Positions 47,582-58,269 are shown, counted from the stretch's first letter. The stretch is 64,000 nt of DNA from Dehalococcoidia bacterium (GCA_963662615.2 CAXXSR010000002.1:512001-576000); one strand, 5' to 3'. The notes: generated from the letters alone by a model not told the origin. Program-made: numbers and translations.

Positions 47582-47929
47582 ATGGCAGACCGCAGCGGGG
47601 GGGCCTACCGCAGCCGCGGCCGTAGGGCCGGCGACGACGACTGGGATGCCCAGCAAGTGCGAGAGCTGCGACGGCATCTCCAGTTGACGCAATGTGCTTT
47701 CGCGGACGAACTGAACGCCCGCCAGCAGACCGTTTCCGAATGGGAGACAGGGCGCTACCGGCCCCGGGGACCTTCGGCGCGGCTGCTCACCTGGATCGCG
47801 GAGGGGTCCGGTTTCCCCTACGAAGCCAGACCTCCGCGAAGGGAGGTCGGCGCCGCCGTGCAGACGGGCAGCAAGCGCAAGGGGGAGCCCCCTGGGGATC
47901 GGAGGCGGCCGCTGCCGCCGAACGGCTAG
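47582..47929 (+). CDS. XRE-family helix-turn-helix protein
   Basis: VRELRRHLQLTQ..FADEL..RQQTVSEWETGRYRP. Confidence 0.85.
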   Translation: MADRSGGAYRSRGRRAGDDDWDAQQVRELRRHLQLTQCAFADELNARQQTVSEWETGRYRPRGPSARLLTWIAEGSGFPYEARPPRREVGAAVQTGSKRKGEPPGDRRRPLPPNG

Positions 47930-47965
47930 GGCCGGCGCACCTTGCCGGCCGAGAGGGCGGCGCGG

Positions 47966-49081
47966 ATGGAGACGGAAGCGGCGCTTTAGGCCCGCTGGGC
48001 GGCCCGGCCGCCGCGCTGGATCACCACCACGACGGGGGATCGCCTGCGGGTGATCTTCGCCGGCAGTTGGAACCGTGGCCCTGGACCGGACTTCCGCGGC
48101 GCCATCTTGGCGCCCGAGGGCGGCCGGGCCCTGCTCGCCGGCGATGTGGAGGTCCATCGCCAAGAGCAAGACTGGTGGCGCCACGGTCACGACCGCGACC
48201 CCGCCTATGACGGGGTCGTGCTCCATCTGCTCGGCGGCGCCGGCGGCGGGCCGCCCCGAGCTGGGGGCGGGGATGGCGCCCGGCCCCTGTCCGCCGCCGT
48301 GGCCCGCCTGCCGCTCCCCGAACTCCGGGAAGCCGCAGGTGGGGCAGCAGACGGCGCGGACGCATCCGCTCCGGATTGGGCGCCGCCCTGCACGGACGTG
48401 GTGCAGCGCGCGGGCGTGCGCGTCGTGGAGGCGCGCCTATTCCGCATCGCGCGAACACGATTTCAGTCCAAGACAGCGCGCGCCCGAGTTCAGTTGCGGC
48501 AGGGCGCGCAGCGGGGCCCGCTTTCGGCCGCGGCGGCGTACCTTCTCGGCGGGAGCGGGCCCGGCGGGAGTGGGAGCAGGCGCGGGCGGCCCGCCAACCA
48601 TCCCGCCCGCAGGCTGGCTGCTGCGGCCACCCTGGCCGGGCGCCTGCAGCTGGCAGGGGGAGTCGCCGCCGGGCTGGCGGCGCTGGCGGCGTTGCCTGAG
48701 GGGCGGGCTCTGCAACGGTTGCGCGTCCCCGGCCTCCTCGGCGTCGAGCGCGCGCGCCAGCTCCTCGTGGACGTCGCCTATCCGCTGGCGGCGGCGCGGA
48801 GTGGGGGCGAGCCGGGCCTGGCCGCGCGCTGGCTCGCGCTCGGCGGCGCCCGCTACGGGCGAACGGAGGCGCTGCGCCAGCGGCTCAGCCGTGGCGGGCT
48901 CCGTAGCTGGCGCAACGGGGAGACGCAGGCGTTGCTGGACCTGGAGCGCTTCTATTGCCGGAACGGCGCCTGCGCGGTCTGTCCCTTAGCCGCCCTTGCG
49001 CCCAGCCGCCGGCGCGGCCCCATCGGCAGCCCCAACCTGCCGCTCCCGCCCAGCGAGGATGCCGCCGCCGCGGCGCACTGA
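47966..49081 (+). pseudogene. DUF2851 family gene with an in-frame TAG at codon 8
   Basis: METEAAL*ARW...TTTGDRLRVIFAGSWNRGPGPDF, GDVEVH....W..HGHD.DPAYD.V.LH, C-terminal YCRNGACAVCP. Confidence 0.65.
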
Positions 49082-49107
49082 GCGCAGCCGTCAACGATAC
49101 CGGCGTC

Positions 49108-50148
49108 TCAGCTCCTGCCGGGCGTGAACACGCCCGGGCCGGAGGTGCTGAAGAGGTCGAAGCGAAGGGAAGCGTCGGCCTGATCGCGCTTGTAAAACGC
49201 GGCGGCGGCGATCATGGCCGCGTTATCGGTGCAGAGGGCCGGCGGCGGCCAGCGCACGGGCACCGGACAGCGCTGACGCAGCGCTTCGCGGAGGACGCCG
49301 TTAGCGGCGACGCCCCCCCCCACGATCACGGTCCGCGCGCCGAACTCTTGCGACGCCGACGCCGTCTTCGTGGCGAGCACCTCCACCACGGACGCCTGGA
49401 ACTCCCGCGCCAGGACCGGCACGTCCGGCGCTGATCCCTGGCGCACACGCCGGAGCACCGCCGTCTTGAGCCCGCTGAAGGAGAAATCGTACGTGCCCGG
49501 CAGCCAGGCGCGGGGCAGCCGCTCGCCGCCTGCGCCGTTGGCCCCCTGCGCCGCCTGCTCAATGGCGGGACCGCCGGGAAAGGGCAAGCCCAGCAGCCGG
49601 GCGACCTTGTCGAACGCTTCCCCGGCGGCGTCGTCCACGGTCTGGCCCAGGCGCTCGAAGCGGCCATGGTCGTGCATCAGCAACAGCTCCGTGTGTCCGC
49701 CGCTGACAACCAGGCAGAGGGCGGGGAAGAGGGGCGGCTCTCCGCCGTGCGCCGCCAGTGCCGTATCCAGCCAGTTGGCGTAGAGGTGCCCTTCAATATG
49801 GTGCACGGGAATGCAGGGCAGCCCCCGCGCCCAGGCGACGGCCTTGGCCGCGTTGATGCCGACCAGCAAGGAACCGCCCAAGCCCGGGCCCTGCGTCACC
49901 GCGACGGCGTCGATCTCGTCCCAGTCGCGCCGCGCCTGGGCCAGCGTCTCGGCCAGCACCGGCGCCACGCTGCGCAGGTGCTCGCGCCCCGCCAGCTCGG
50001 GCACCACGCCGCCGTAGCGGGCGTGCAGCGCCGCTTGCGACGCCACCACGGAAGCGAGCAGGCGGTGGCCGTCCTCCACCACGGCGCCCGCGTACTCGTC
50101 GCAGGACGACTCCAGACCAAGGACGGTGTAGGGCCTGGTTCGGGGCAT
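49108..50148 (-). CDS. tsaD: tRNA N6-threonylcarbamoyltransferase TsaD
   Basis: LGLESSCDE, HHIEGH, VSGGHT, DDAAGEAFDK, FSFSGLKT, CTDNAAMIA. Confidence 0.97.
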   Translation of the reverse strand: MPRTRPYTVLGLESSCDEYAGAVVEDGHRLLASVVASQAALHARYGGVVPELAGREHLRSVAPVLAETLAQARRDWDEIDAVAVTQGPGLGGSLLVGINAAKAVAWARGLPCIPVHHIEGHLYANWLDTALAAHGGEPPLFPALCLVVSGGHTELLLMHDHGRFERLGQTVDDAAGEAFDKVARLLGLPFPGGPAIEQAAQGANGAGGERLPRAWLPGTYDFSFSGLKTAVLRRVRQGSAPDVPVLAREFQASVVEVLATKTASASQEFGARTVIVGGGVAANGVLREALRQRCPVPVRWPPPALCTDNAAMIAAAAFYKRDQADASLRFDLFSTSGPGVFTPGRS

Positions 50149-50208
50149 CCCCCACCCCCGCGGGCGCGCAGCGCCCGCCCTGATGGTACGCGAACCAGCG
50201 CCGGCGAT

Positions 50209-50240
50209 CGATCTAGCGCAGGAGCGATCTAGCGCAGGAG
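50209..50240. repeat. Exact 16-bp tandem duplication containing CTAG (gene stop)
   Basis: CGATCTAGCGCAGGAG x2. Confidence 0.92.
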
Positions 50241-52940
50241 CTCCTCCGGCAGCGCCGACGTCAGCAGCGCGTCCTCGGTGACGTAGTAGAGCCGACGGTT
50301 CACTTCATCCGGGACCACAGCGCGCACCCCGATCAGGAGGTCGGCGCGAAGCTGGGCCACCAACTCTCCCCTGGTGGTGAAGATGACCACGCGATTGTTG
50401 CCCCGGTCCACCGCGTAGACCAGCCCGCTGGTCTGTCCCACCGCCAGCGAGGCGGGCACGAGCAGGGGCCGGTCCAGTTCGGGGACGGGAAAGCCCTGCT
50501 CACCGCTCTCACTGAGCCGTCGGATGCGTCCGTCTGATCCGGACACGAAGATCGCCTCGTCAACCACCAGCGCGGTCGCCGCCGTCAGATCGGTGCGCTG
50601 GATCGCTGGCGCCCCCGGCGCCAGGCCGCCGTCGCTGAGAACCGGGATCTGCCACACGATCCCCCCCGCCCGATCCAGCACGTAGAGGCTGCGATCGCGT
50701 ACGGCCACGGCGTCCGCGGAGCCCAATACTTCGCTGTTGGGCAGATCCAGCGCCACCACCCCGGTGGCGGGCGTATAGCGGTAGAGCCGCCGATTGGCGT
50801 CCAAAATCGTCAGGCTCGCCCCCTCCACCCCGGCGCCGGCCTCAGCGCTCCATTCCATACTGATCGGGGCGGCGGCCTCTGGGCCGTTGAACTCGAAGAT
50901 GAGCGGGTAGCGCTCACCGGCCCGGAAGATGACGCCGGGCTCGCCGCCCGCCAGCGCCAGCGCGAAGATGCGCCCGCCGCTCTCGTCCAGGACGTAGAGA
51001 TGCTCGCTACCAACCTGGACCGCGCTCAGGGCCAGCGGTTGCGCCGCGCGCTCGCCGAAGTCCAGGACCAGCGCCAGCTCCGCCGGCGCCAGGATGGCGT
51101 TCGCCTGCCGCAACGCCGCGGCCACATCCTGCTGTAAGGCGAGGGCGGCGGGTTCCAGCGGGCGCAGCGTCAAGGCGCGCACGATTGCCGCCTCAGCGAC
51201 CGTCAACTCATCCCGGCTGGCGCCGGGCTCGTTGGTGAGGGTGGCTGCCGTCACGGCCCGTCGCGCCTCCTCCAAGTGCTGCTCGAAGCGGCTGCGCTCC
51301 GAATCTTCCAGCAGGTCCGGGACCAACAGCGCCGCCGCGACGATCGCCAGGACCAGCAGCATGGCGCCCAGGCCGAGCGTGATCGCCCCCCAATGTTGGC
51401 GCCAGCCCGGCTCGCCCTCCGCGCCCGCATCGTCGGGGCGCGGCCAGGACGGCGCCCGAAGCCGCAAGCGCGGGGTCGAGGCCCGCAGGCTGAACAGCGG
51501 CCGCGACATTCGCGACGCGTCCACCTCCAGCGACGATTCCAGCACTTGCGGAGGTGGGGGCGCGAAGGGATTGCCGGGCCAGGCGGCCAGTGCGGGCTCC
51601 CGCGCCGGCCCCGATGCGCTCGCCGGGGCGAAGTTGAGAGCGATCCGCTCATACCCTTCGTCCGCTTCCCCTGCAGCCTCCTGACGCTGCCCGCCCTCAG
51701 GCGCGCCCGCGTCTTGGGGTGCGGCCGGGGGGGTGTCGTCCCCGCTCTCCCCGGGCTCCGGCGAGGCCGCGGACGCCGAGGGGGGCGCCGACGGTGGCGC
51801 TGGCGGTGGCGCTGGCGGTGGCTCATCGGGCCCGGCGGACTCCTCCTCTTCCGGCGCCGGCTCTTCCGGCAAGCGCTCTTCTGGCAACGGCTCCGCCTTG
51901 CCGGGCTCCTCTTCCAGCGGCCCTTCTTCAGGCGGGACAGTGGCGCTCGGCGCCGCTTCCGCGGACGGGGTGGCGCCGGCAGCAGCGGAGGCGGGCGGCT
52001 CGGCCTCTTCGCTCCAGATGTCGGGGCGGCGCCTGCGTCGCAGTAAGCGGCCTGCGGCATCGCCCAATCCGCCCAGCCACGCCCCCACCGCCTCGGAGAC
52101 GGGGGTGCGCTCGGGAACGCTCTCCGCCTCGGCGGCCTCGTCGACGGCGACCGGCTCCGCGGCGGCCGGGGACGGCGGCGCGGCCCCTGCATGCCCTTCC
52201 CTGCCCGTCCCCGCCTCACGGTCACGCGCGTCACGGTCACGCGCGGTGGCGGGATCGATGGGCACCGGCTCGCGCAGCGACCCTTCTTCCCTGGCCGGGG
52301 CGACAACCAGCGCCGACACGCGCGGCAACGGTCGCAGCAGCGGATAGAGCGCGGGCAGCACGTCCTCTGCCTCCAGCTGCCGCAGTGAGGCCAAGGTCGC
52401 GTCGCCGATCACGCTGGCGGCGCCGCTGTTAATCAGTAACGCCCAGTCGCCGGGCCCGATTTCCAGCTGCGAGAATTCGGGTGCGACGATCTCCGCGCCT
52501 CCCAGCGCCGTCGCCGCGCGCTCCGTCGCCGGCCGTCGTCGCAGAAGCTGTTCACCTTGGCGGTAGTAGGCCAGGCTGGGCCCGATCTGGGCCAGGAAGG
52601 CATCCGTCTCTCGCATGATCAGGCAAGAGAGACCGTAGCTGGCCTGATTGCGGGGAATGCTGCTGCGGTTCCAATCCAGCAGTTCGTTGTGCCACTGCCG
52701 CAGCGACCGTTGCAGAACGCCGGTGAGGGAGCCTTCGTGCGCCTTGAAGTCCTCGCCGATGCGATCGACCAACTGGGCAATGAACTGGTCGCTGCCGGGG
52801 CGGTCGGGCTCCGCCACAATGTAGAGGCGGGCGGGCAGCCCGCGGCTGTCCAGCCGCTCCGCGTAGGCGATCTCCGGCGCCTCCTCGCTCGCTTCCCCAG
52901 CGACGATGTGCAGCTGCGCGGTCCAGGGCTTGGCCGCCAT
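50229..52940 (-). CDS. Bitopic membrane protein: PP2C-like N-domain, Pro/Glu-rich linker, TM helix, C-terminal beta-propeller
   Basis: TM AITLGLGAMLLVLAIVAAALLV; repeated LYVLD/VYAVD..N.RV blades; N-domain FLAQIGPSLAY. Confidence 0.75.
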   Translation of the reverse strand: MAAKPWTAQLHIVAGEASEEAPEIAYAERLDSRGLPARLYIVAEPDRPGSDQFIAQLVDRIGEDFKAHEGSLTGVLQRSLRQWHNELLDWNRSSIPRNQASYGLSCLIMRETDAFLAQIGPSLAYYRQGEQLLRRRPATERAATALGGAEIVAPEFSQLEIGPGDWALLINSGAASVIGDATLASLRQLEAEDVLPALYPLLRPLPRVSALVVAPAREEGSLREPVPIDPATARDRDARDREAGTGREGHAGAAPPSPAAAEPVAVDEAAEAESVPERTPVSEAVGAWLGGLGDAAGRLLRRRRRPDIWSEEAEPPASAAAGATPSAEAAPSATVPPEEGPLEEEPGKAEPLPEERLPEEPAPEEEESAGPDEPPPAPPPAPPSAPPSASAASPEPGESGDDTPPAAPQDAGAPEGGQRQEAAGEADEGYERIALNFAPASASGPAREPALAAWPGNPFAPPPPQVLESSLEVDASRMSRPLFSLRASTPRLRLRAPSWPRPDDAGAEGEPGWRQHWGAITLGLGAMLLVLAIVAAALLVPDLLEDSERSRFEQHLEEARRAVTAATLTNEPGASRDELTVAEAAIVRALTLRPLEPAALALQQDVAAALRQANAILAPAELALVLDFGERAAQPLALSAVQVGSEHLYVLDESGGRIFALALAGGEPGVIFRAGERYPLIFEFNGPEAAAPISMEWSAEAGAGVEGASLTILDANRRLYRYTPATGVVALDLPNSEVLGSADAVAVRDRSLYVLDRAGGIVWQIPVLSDGGLAPGAPAIQRTDLTAATALVVDEAIFVSGSDGRIRRLSESGEQGFPVPELDRPLLVPASLAVGQTSGLVYAVDRGNNRVVIFTTRGELVAQLRADLLIGVRAVVPDEVNRRLYYVTEDALLTSALPEELLR

Positions 52941-53154
52941 GACCCGGGTACCCCTCCTTCGCGCTCGCCGGTGCAGGAGATACCTCAGCCTAGCCCCTGC
53001 CGGAAAGCCGGTGCAATCGAGCCCCCGCGCTAATCGACCGTCCCCGGCGGACGAGGCATAACGGCGAACACGATGGCTCACCCCTTCCTCCGCAAGGGCC
53101 GCCGCAACGACGCCGGCCGGCGCGGCACCTATAATTTTGAGCGGCAGCCGAAGA

Positions 53155-53583
53155 ATGCGTGAGTCGAGACAGGACCCGGAGGCGCGGCTTCGTGACGCCG
53201 AGCAGATCCTCGATCGGGCGGCCGAGCAACTGCTCGTGCTGCTGAAGCAGGCATCGCGGCAACTGCGCCCGTTCCCGCCCTACCCCGGCGCCTTCTTTAC
53301 CTTCGGCGTGGAGGTGGAGCCGGACACCGCGCACGCTCCGGACGTGGGCTGCGTGGTGGTCACGGAGGAGGGTGATCTGAAGGAGCTGCGGATCGGGCTG
53401 GATGCGGAAACCGCCGCCGGCCTCGGCAGCCTCGATCCCGTGTCGCTCCGCGACGAGCAGCTCGTCGACCTCCACCTCAATTCCCGCGACCGCCTCTTCT
53501 ACGCCTATGGCGGCCTGCGGGCGATCACACGGCTGCTGCGCGAACGGGCCGCCGGATCGCAAGAGGCGCCCAACGGCGCCTGA
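53155..53583 (+). CDS. Hypothetical protein
   Basis: Globular ORF (LRPFPPYPGAFF, GCVVVTEEGDLKEL); TATAAT at 53130-53135. Confidence 0.7.
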   Translation: MRESRQDPEARLRDAEQILDRAAEQLLVLLKQASRQLRPFPPYPGAFFTFGVEVEPDTAHAPDVGCVVVTEEGDLKELRIGLDAETAAGLGSLDPVSLRDEQLVDLHLNSRDRLFYAYGGLRAITRLLRERAAGSQEAPNGA

Positions 53584-53607
53584 CCCTCTCGAAAGGAGGC
53601 CTGCAGC

Positions 53608-54651
53608 ATGCGTTCGCTCCTCCCGCTCCTGCAGTTCATGACCGTTGGGCTGTTGGGCTACTGGCTCTTCCGCGCCCTGGAGCAGCAGTATCAGTTCCAA
53701 AAAGATCTGGCGGACGATCGGATCCGCGACCTAGAACGAACGCTGGCAAGCGAACGAGGACGCCGTGAGGAGGCCCAGCGTCTCGCCACCGCGCCGCAAC
53801 CTCCCGAACGCGCTGCCCCTGCGCCACCACCCCTGCCGGAAGCGGATCAGGGCGGTCCCGTGGCGGCCCTTGCGCAGGAAGGGGCGGCCACGGAGCCCCT
53901 GGCGATGCCTGACGCGATGCCTGACGCGATGCCCGACGCGATGCCCGCGTCAACGGCGGCGCTGGAGACGCCCGCAGCGCTGGAGAGGAAAGCGCCGCCG
54001 TTCGCCCGGGCCGCGCACGACGATGGCGGGGCGGCGGTCGCCGCCGCCCGCACTGCGGCGGAGTTCCTGGAAGCGGGCAACGCCTATTTCTCGGCGGGGG
54101 AGTACGAGCAGGCCGTTGCGGAGTATACGCGGGCCCTGAAGGCGGACCCGAATTCCGCCGCCTCGTACTACAACCGCGCCAACGCCTACGCCCGCCTGGC
54201 CCGCCGCGAGCAAGCGCAGCATGACTACGACCGCGCCCTGGAACTTGCCCCCGACGATGCCGACGCCTTCGTGAACCGGGGCCTGCTCCACCTCTACGAG
54301 CACGACTTCGCCGCCGCCGAAGAGGACTTTGACCAGGCCCTGGCGCTTCGTCCGCAGGACGGCGCCGCCTTCACCAATCGCGGTCTCGCCCAGCTCTACC
54401 TGGAGCGCGCGGAAGAGGCGCTGGGCTCGTTCTGGCGCGCCGCCGAACTGCTCCCGAACCAGCCTGGGGCCCACTACGGCGCCGCCAGCGCCGCCGCCGC
54501 CCTGGGCCGGAGCCAAGACGCGCTGAGCGCGCTGCGACAGGCCGTTGCTCTCAACGGTCGCTACGCCGTCGCCGCCGCCACCGACGACCGCTTCGCCTCC
54601 CTGCAAAACGACCGGGAGTTTCAAGCGCTCGTGGCGGGCGCCGCCAACTGA
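53608..54651 (+). CDS. Membrane-anchored TPR-repeat protein
   Basis: N-terminal TM, coiled coil, TPR units (YYNRANAY, FVNRGL, FTNRGL); AAGGAGG RBS. Confidence 0.88.
   Translation: MRSLLPLLQFMTVGLLGYWLFRALEQQYQFQKDLADDRIRDLERTLASERGRREEAQRLATAPQPPERAAPAPPPLPEADQGGPVAALAQEGAATEPLAMPDAMPDAMPDAMPASTAALETPAALERKAPPFARAAHDDGGAAVAAARTAAEFLEAGNAYFSAGEYEQAVAEYTRALKADPNSAASYYNRANAYARLARREQAQHDYDRALELAPDDADAFVNRGLLHLYEHDFAAAEEDFDQALALRPQDGAAFTNRGLAQLYLERAEEALGSFWRAAELLPNQPGAHYGAASAAAALGRSQDALSALRQAVALNGRYAVAAATDDRFASLQNDREFQALVAGAAN
53902..53946 (+). repeat. In-frame 12-bp tandem repeat (AMPD, about 4 copies)
   Basis: GCGATGCCYGAC units. Confidence 0.9.
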
Positions 54652-54758
54652 TCGGCGGCCGCGGCACGCCCTCCTCTCGCGCCGGTGGGCGGGCCGAGCA
54701 GCGCGGTGCAGCCGCGAGGCCGGGGCGCGCCGCTTCCGTGATCAGGGCAGCCCCGTCA

Positions 54759-55301
54759 TTAGGGCAGATCGATGGCGCCGGACCGTCCGCCGCTCTTGTG
54801 GCGCAGCCGCACGTCGCTGATGCGCATGCCGCGGTCCACGGCCTTGGCCATGTCGTAGACGGTCAAGGCGGCAACGCTCACCGCCGTCAGCGCCTCCATC
54901 TCCACTCCGGTTTGGCCGCTGCAGCGCACCGTGGCGCGAATCGTCACCGCGCCCCCAAATCCGTCCGGCGCGTCATCGCGCAGGCCCAACTCTACGTCCA
55001 CGTGCGTCAGCGCCAGCGGATGGCACAACGGGATCAGGTCAGACGTGCGCTTGGCCGCCATCACCCCAGCGATCTCCGCGGCGGCCAGCACGTCCCCTTT
55101 GCCCAGGGCGTTGTTGCGGATTAAGCGCAGCGTTTCCGCCTGCGTGAGCACGCGCCCCTCCGCAATGGCGACGCGATCGCTCGTCGGTTTGCCGCCCACG
55201 TCCACCATGCGGGCGCGCCCGCTCGCATCCACGTGCGTCAGCGCGGGGGGCGGCCGGCTAGCCGGACGGTCGTCGTCGCGGCGCTCGGCCGGCGCGCTCA
55301 C
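54759..55301 (-). CDS. moaC: Cyclic pyranopterin monophosphate synthase MoaC
   Basis: [36 protein letters not shown]. Confidence 0.96.
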   Translation of the reverse strand: MSAPAERRDDDRPASRPPPALTHVDASGRARMVDVGGKPTSDRVAIAEGRVLTQAETLRLIRNNALGKGDVLAAAEIAGVMAAKRTSDLIPLCHPLALTHVDVELGLRDDAPDGFGGAVTIRATVRCSGQTGVEMEALTAVSVAALTVYDMAKAVDRGMRISDVRLRHKSGGRSGAIDLP

Positions 55302-55302
55302 C

Positions 55303-56322
55303 TCAGCCCCCGATGTACGACATCTCGATCTTGGGCAGAGCGGCCGTCTCTTCAGAACGGATCTCGGAGTAGCGGTCGTCCCGCACGGCCCAGATCGAGC
55401 GCAGGGTGGCCGCAATGGCGTCGTCATCGCGGCCGTCGCGCAGCGGCGCGCGCAGATCGGCGCCGTCTTGCGCGAAGAGGCAGGTGTAGAGCTTGCCCTC
55501 CGCCGATAGACGCGCGCGGGTACAGTCGCCGCAGAACGGCTGTGTGACCGAGGTGATCACGCCGATCTCGCCGCTGCCGTCGGCGTAGCGCCAGCGCTGC
55601 GCGACCTCACCGCGATAGGCTGCCTCAACGGGCTCGAGCGGCATCGCCGCGTCGATCAAGTCAACGATCTCGCGGCCGGGCACTACCTCGTCCAGCTTCC
55701 AGCCGTTGCTGGCGCCCACGTCCATGTATTCAATGAAACGGACCACGTGGCCGCTGCCCCGGAACCGGCGCGCCAGCTCCACCACCGTGTGATCGTTGAT
55801 GCCGCGGCGCACCACCGCGTTGATCTTGACCGGCGAGAGCCCCGCTCGCGCCGCCGCCGCAATGCCGTCAAGGACCCGGCTGACGGGGAAGTCGGCGTCG
55901 TTCATCTGGCGGAAGACGGCGTCGTCCAGCGTGTCCAGGCTCACCGTTACCCGGTCGAGCCCCGCCTCGGCGAGCGGCTGCGCCTGCGTGTCCAGCAGGG
56001 ATCCGTTCGTGGTCAGCGCGATCTCCAAATCCGGCAGCGTGCGCAGCATCGCCACCAGCGTGGGCAGTTCATTGCGGAGCAACGGCTCTCCGCCGGTGAG
56101 GCGCACCTTGCGCAGGCCGAAGCGGGCGCAGAGGCGGACCAGCCGCGCGATCTCTTCGAAGGTCAGGATCTCCCCTCGGGGGAGGAACTGGTACGCGGGC
56201 CCAAACACCTCCCGCGGCATGCAGTAGCGACAGCGGAAGTTGCAGCGATCCGTTACGGAGATGCGCAGGTCGCGCAGGGGCCGCCCCAAGCGGTCCCGCA
56301 GCGCCGCCTCTTCAGCCGCCAC
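55303..56322 (-). CDS. moaA: GTP 3',8-cyclase MoaA
   Basis: [17 protein letters not shown]...CLF, C-terminal MSYIGG. Confidence 0.97.
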   Translation of the reverse strand: MAAEEAALRDRLGRPLRDLRISVTDRCNFRCRYCMPREVFGPAYQFLPRGEILTFEEIARLVRLCARFGLRKVRLTGGEPLLRNELPTLVAMLRTLPDLEIALTTNGSLLDTQAQPLAEAGLDRVTVSLDTLDDAVFRQMNDADFPVSRVLDGIAAAARAGLSPVKINAVVRRGINDHTVVELARRFRGSGHVVRFIEYMDVGASNGWKLDEVVPGREIVDLIDAAMPLEPVEAAYRGEVAQRWRYADGSGEIGVITSVTQPFCGDCTRARLSAEGKLYTCLFAQDGADLRAPLRDGRDDDAIAATLRSIWAVRDDRYSEIRSEETAALPKIEMSYIGG

Positions 56323-57004
56323 GCCCTTCCTCCTCTCGATCCCCGCTTGACCGCGCCAGCGCCTTCAGCACCGCGGCCAGCGCCCAGCCGGCGTCCTGCA
56401 GTGCACGGGCGCGATGGCTGATCCGGCTCTTCTCCAGCGGCGAGAGTTCCGCCATCCGCCGTCCGTCGGGCAGTTCAAAGAGCGGGTCGTAGCCGAAGCC
56501 GTTGCTCCCGCGCTCGTCCTGCGCTATCCGACCCTCCACCGTGCCCTCGCCGTACCACACATCCGGTCCGTAGGGGAATGAGAGCGCCACCACGGCGCGG
56601 AAGCGCGCGCTGCGCTGCGCTGCCGGCACGCCGGCCAGATCCCGCAGCAGCTTCGCGCGATTCGCCTCATCCCCGGAGACGGAGCCGTCCGACTCTCCTT
56701 CAGCATAGCGCGCGCTCCGAATCCCCGGCGCTCCGCCCAATGCATCGACCTCCAGCCCCGAGTCGTCCGCGAGCACCGCCATCCCGCTGGCATTGGCGTA
56801 GGCGCGCGCTTTCCTGGCCGCGTTCTCCCGGTAGGTCAATGCGTCCTCAGGCACGACGAGGGCGGAAACGCCCGCCTCCGCCGGCGCCACCACCTCCCAG
56901 ACGTCGGAGTCCAGGATCTGCGCGAACTCGCGGATCTTGCCGGGATTCCCGCTGGCGATAAGGAGCCGCTGCCTCCGCCCGGCGGCCGGCTCGCCGTCAG
57001 TCAT
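56312..57004 (-). CDS. rdgB: Non-canonical purine NTP pyrophosphatase (RdgB/HAM1)
   Basis: [46 protein letters not shown]. Confidence 0.95.
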   Translation of the reverse strand: MTDGEPAAGRRQRLLIASGNPGKIREFAQILDSDVWEVVAPAEAGVSALVVPEDALTYRENAARKARAYANASGMAVLADDSGLEVDALGGAPGIRSARYAEGESDGSVSGDEANRAKLLRDLAGVPAAQRSARFRAVVALSFPYGPDVWYGEGTVEGRIAQDERGSNGFGYDPLFELPDGRRMAELSPLEKSRISHRARALQDAGWALAAVLKALARSSGDREEEGRGG

Positions 57005-57047
57005 TGCCGCCCCTCACGGCGCCGTCAGGCGCTGCGGTCGCCACTGC

Positions 57048-57092
57048 CGGCTGCTGCACAGACGGCTGCGGCACAGACGACTGCTGTCCAGG
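57048..57092. repeat. Degenerate 15-bp tandem repeat x3 (intergenic)
   Basis: CGGCTGCTGCACAGA / CGGCTGCGGCACAGA / CGACTGCTGTCCAGG. Confidence 0.7.
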
Positions 57093-57198
57093 CGGCGGCG
57101 ATTCGTTCCCACGCAGCTAGCCCAACGAGCCCGACCGACGTCGCCGGCCCGACCGCGAGCGCCTGCCTTCCGGGCCCGCGTCCCGCCCCCGGCGACTC

Positions 57199-58242
57199 CT
57201 AGACGCGTGCCGGCTCCTTCTCCATCTCCGGACTGTAGACCCCTTGTCGCGCGGCGCTGGTGACCTGGGCGCGATGGGCGAACGCCGCTTGCGCCTGCTC
57301 CAGGTTGCCCGCGTCGCCGCCCCATACCTTGAGCGGCGTCGCTTGGAGGCCGCGCCCGTAGGAAAAGCTGAGCTGCCAGGGAGCCGCCTGAGGAGACTGT
57401 GCAGCCAGCTTGTTGATGGCATTCAAGTTGAGCGTCGCCTCCTCGTCGCTCTGCCCTCCCGAGAGGAAGACGACGCCCGGGATCGCCGCCGGGACCGTCC
57501 GGCGGAAGCAGCCGATCGTCGCCTCCGCCACCGCCTCCGCACCGGCGCGGTTGGCGGCATTCTTGCCGGACAGCACCATGTTCGGCTTCAGCAACGCCCC
57601 CTCCAACACGACGCCCTGATCGAACAGCGCCTGGAAGACGCGCTGCTGGGTCGCCGCGGTCACCTGCAGGCAGCGCTGGATGTCGTGGTCGCCGTCCATC
57701 AGCACCTCCGGCTCCACGATCGGCACCAGCCCCGCTTCCTGCGAGAGCGCGGCGTAGCGCGCCAGCGCGTGCGCGTTCGTGTCAATGCAGTTCGCCGTGG
57801 GGATCCCTTCGCCAATGGTGATCACGGCGCGCCATTTGCTGAAGCGCGCGCCCAGCTCGTAGTACTCCTCCAGCCGCTCGCGCAGACCGTCCAGGCCCTC
57901 GGTCACGGTCTCGCCGGGCCCGCCGGCGAGTGCTTTGGCGCCCTTATCAACCTTGATGCCCGGGATCACCCCCTGGTCCCGCAGGATCTCCACGAGGCGC
58001 CGGCCCGTGGAGGCGCTCTGCCGCGCCGTTTCGTCGAAGAGGATGACCCCGCTGATGAACTCGCCGATCCCCTCGGTCGTGAAGAGGAGTTCGCGCCAGG
58101 CGCGTCGCGTCTCCTCCGTGGCGGCGGTATTGATGCTCTTGAACCGCCTCGCAATGGTGCCATGGCTCTCGTCCGCCGCCAGGATCCCCTTCTTCTCCGC
58201 GACGAGCGCCCGCGCCGTCCCTTCAAGCTCCGCCACGTTCAT
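57199..58242 (-). CDS. Fructose-bisphosphate aldolase class I (eukaryote-like family)
   Basis: KGILAADES, GIKVDKG, KWR, VPIVEPEVL, LLKPNMV, FSYGRGLQ. Confidence 0.95.
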   Translation of the reverse strand: MNVAELEGTARALVAEKKGILAADESHGTIARRFKSINTAATEETRRAWRELLFTTEGIGEFISGVILFDETARQSASTGRRLVEILRDQGVIPGIKVDKGAKALAGGPGETVTEGLDGLRERLEEYYELGARFSKWRAVITIGEGIPTANCIDTNAHALARYAALSQEAGLVPIVEPEVLMDGDHDIQRCLQVTAATQQRVFQALFDQGVVLEGALLKPNMVLSGKNAANRAGAEAVAEATIGCFRRTVPAAIPGVVFLSGGQSDEEATLNLNAINKLAAQSPQAAPWQLSFSYGRGLQATPLKVWGGDAGNLEQAQAAFAHRAQVTSAARQGVYSPEMEKEPARV

Positions 58243-58269
58243 CTGACCCTCCTTCGCTGCTGGCAAGTT

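Noticed and set aside
47987-47989. Genome-wide TAG reassignment
   Set aside because: TAG ends many conserved genes here at their expected C-termini (nuoD, nuoN, groEL, rpoC, valS).
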